From Callorhinchus milii (Eukaryota), in contig NW_024704743.1 of assembly GCF_018977255.1 (NCBI RefSeq), positions 4,032,001-4,096,000 of the forward strand: a stretch of DNA of 64,000 bases, read 5' to 3'. How positions within the stretch are numbered: the stretch's first letter is position 1; every line of letters begins with the position of its first letter. Positions 62,756 through 64,000 of the stretch are shown here, piece after piece. The notes below the pieces were generated by a model. The model had not been told where the DNA came from, did no database searches, and worked only from the letters and a program-made list of their open reading frames with translations. A program made the position numbers and the translations under genes.

Positions 62756-62912
62756 ACGCTCAATAAGAATAATGAGCTGCATTCACAAAAACCTCTGTGA
62801 AGTGCTGAAGGCTCAAAGCTGCGCTTATCTGATGGCAAATCCAGTTAACGATTCCTCCTGGCAAGGAAGGAGGGGCTGTGTCTTTGTTTCTGAACAGGCT
62901 CCAAAGTGGTAC

Positions 62913-63090
62913 GTCAAGCAGCATCCGCGGAGAGAGGGAAAATGAGTTAACGTTTCAGGTCGATGATCTTTCGTCAGAACGAAAAAGGTCATCGACCTGA
63001 AAAGTTAACTCATTTTTCCTCTCTCCGTGGATGCCGTCTGACCCTGCTGTGTGTCTCCCAGCGGCTTCTGGGATTATACCAGATTTCCGG
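62913..63090. mobile_element. Palindromic Penelope-derived non-autonomous element
   Basis: 53 bp inverted arms at 62919-62971 and 62984-63036 (48/53 matches); a second arm copy lies at 437-552. Confidence 0.8.
62945..62980 (-). ncRNA. Minimal type I hammerhead ribozyme motif
   Basis: Minus strand reads GTT-CTGACGA-A-AGATC-ATC-GACCT-GAAAC-GTT-AAC: CUGANGA and GAAA core, stem II with one mismatch, palindromic AACGTT in place of stem III. Confidence 0.6.
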
Positions 63091-63158
63091 CCTTTTGTCC
63101 AAAGGGATATGTTTAGCAACAAAATGTTGGAATTGAGTCAATCCTCTGTGGTGAGCGG

Positions 63159-63482
63159 TAATAATAATAATAATATGAATCTTGCATTTGGTATGGCGCT
63201 TTTCACGTCTTCTCAACGTCTCAAAGCGCATCACAGAATAGACTGTAAAGTGAATTGACCGTATATTTGTGGGCGAAACACGGCAGCCGATTGCGCACAG
63301 CAGCGTCCCCACGAACAGCCGTGGATTCAAAATACCAACTTATTATTGTTTTTGCTTTTTGGAGAGATTATTATTAGGTGTGTGGAGTAAGGAAACTTGC
63401 CCAAGGTTTCGCCCTGTCTGGAACTCAACCCAGGTCTCGCTTGCAAGGCGAGTGCTCTAACCACTGAGCTGCAGGACTCCAC
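63159..63482 (-). mobile_element. Full young tRNA-SINE, short subfamily
   Basis: Lacks the long-subfamily block; gtgaaaagcgc tail variant. Confidence 0.9.
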
Positions 63483-63549
63483 CGCAGCCTGGATCTCCCG
63501 AGCGTTCCCGAGCCAGATGGATCCGCAGTATTCCAGGGTTCTGCTAGTG

Positions 63550-63725
63550 ACAGTCCAGTTGGTAGCACTCTTGAGTCAGAAGATTGTAGGTTCAAGCCCC
63601 ACTTTGTGGCTTTAAACCCAACGTCTAAGCTGACACCCCCAATGAGGCGCTGGGGCTGTGCTCCGATATTGGACCTTCCATTCCTTCGGATGAGATATTA
63701 ACCCAAAGTCACGTTTGCCTGTTCA
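63550..63725 (+). mobile_element. Older Deu-domain SINE 5' half
   Basis: cagttggtagcactcttgagtcagaagattgtaggttcaagcccc...ccttcggatgagatattaacc. Confidence 0.8.
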
Positions 63726-64000
63726 GCAGGAAAATAAGGTGGGGTATCCCTTCGGTAACAATGACAGGACACGTCTACTGATTAAAATAAAATAGACAGA
63801 CAGCACTATTTTATCATCTCCACAGCCTGGCTGGCTAGAGCTCCAGGCAGATGGTGAGAATCCCATGTGTACCACATGTGATTTCACCTTAAGTCCCTAC
63901 CCACTTGACTGTGTAATAACTTCAGATGATTTGATCCCTGTGAGGCAGTGGGATCTGTAAAAACTGAACATCCCCTCCGTTGGAAGCAGTTTTGTACACC

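Noticed and set aside
1..64000. Known vertebrate miRNA hairpins, snoRNAs, CRISPR arrays, prokaryotic operons or viral ORFs
   Set aside because: By-eye checks gave only short seed-like matches (for example ttgtgcttgatc at ~30805 and tggaatgtaa at ~26201) without full mature sequences; no repeat-spacer arrays or long non-LINE ORFs; the DNA is vertebrate.

Overview
Eukaryotic vertebrate genomic DNA. The repeat content points to a cartilaginous fish, probably a holocephalan such as elephant shark or chimaera; this is inferred from the SINE/LINE types, not from a database search. The window looks intronic or intergenic and is dense in retroposon relics. (1) More than 25 copies of a young tRNA-headed SINE with a partial Deu-type domain, an L2-like 3' tail and an (ATT)n end, in a long and a short subfamily. 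(2) Many older full-Deu (SacSINE1/AmnSINE1-like) SINEs. (3) 3' fragments of two L2 LINE subfamilies and of CR1 LINEs. (4) LF-SINE-like relics. (5) A palindromic Penelope-type element carrying a minimal hammerhead ribozyme core. (6) An unclassified ~150 bp repeat. I recognise no host protein-coding exon; nearly all listed ORFs are repeat-derived or random. In unique sequence there are two candidate CpG-rich promoters (~6.2-6.6 kb with E2F/CCAAT/CRE motifs; ~55.0-55.2 kb ETS-rich) and well-bounded non-coding exons on the minus strand (54634-54771, 49258-49367), suggesting a lncRNA or a long 5'UTR running leftwards. The most interesting signals are independent L2 insertions at the same nucleotide of the SINE tail, the hammerhead palindrome, the non-coding minus-strand transcript with immune/haematopoietic motif clusters, and an unexplained ~80 bp inverted repeat pair 4.3 kb apart. 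No novel protein system can be supported. Repeat boundaries are read by eye and approximate.
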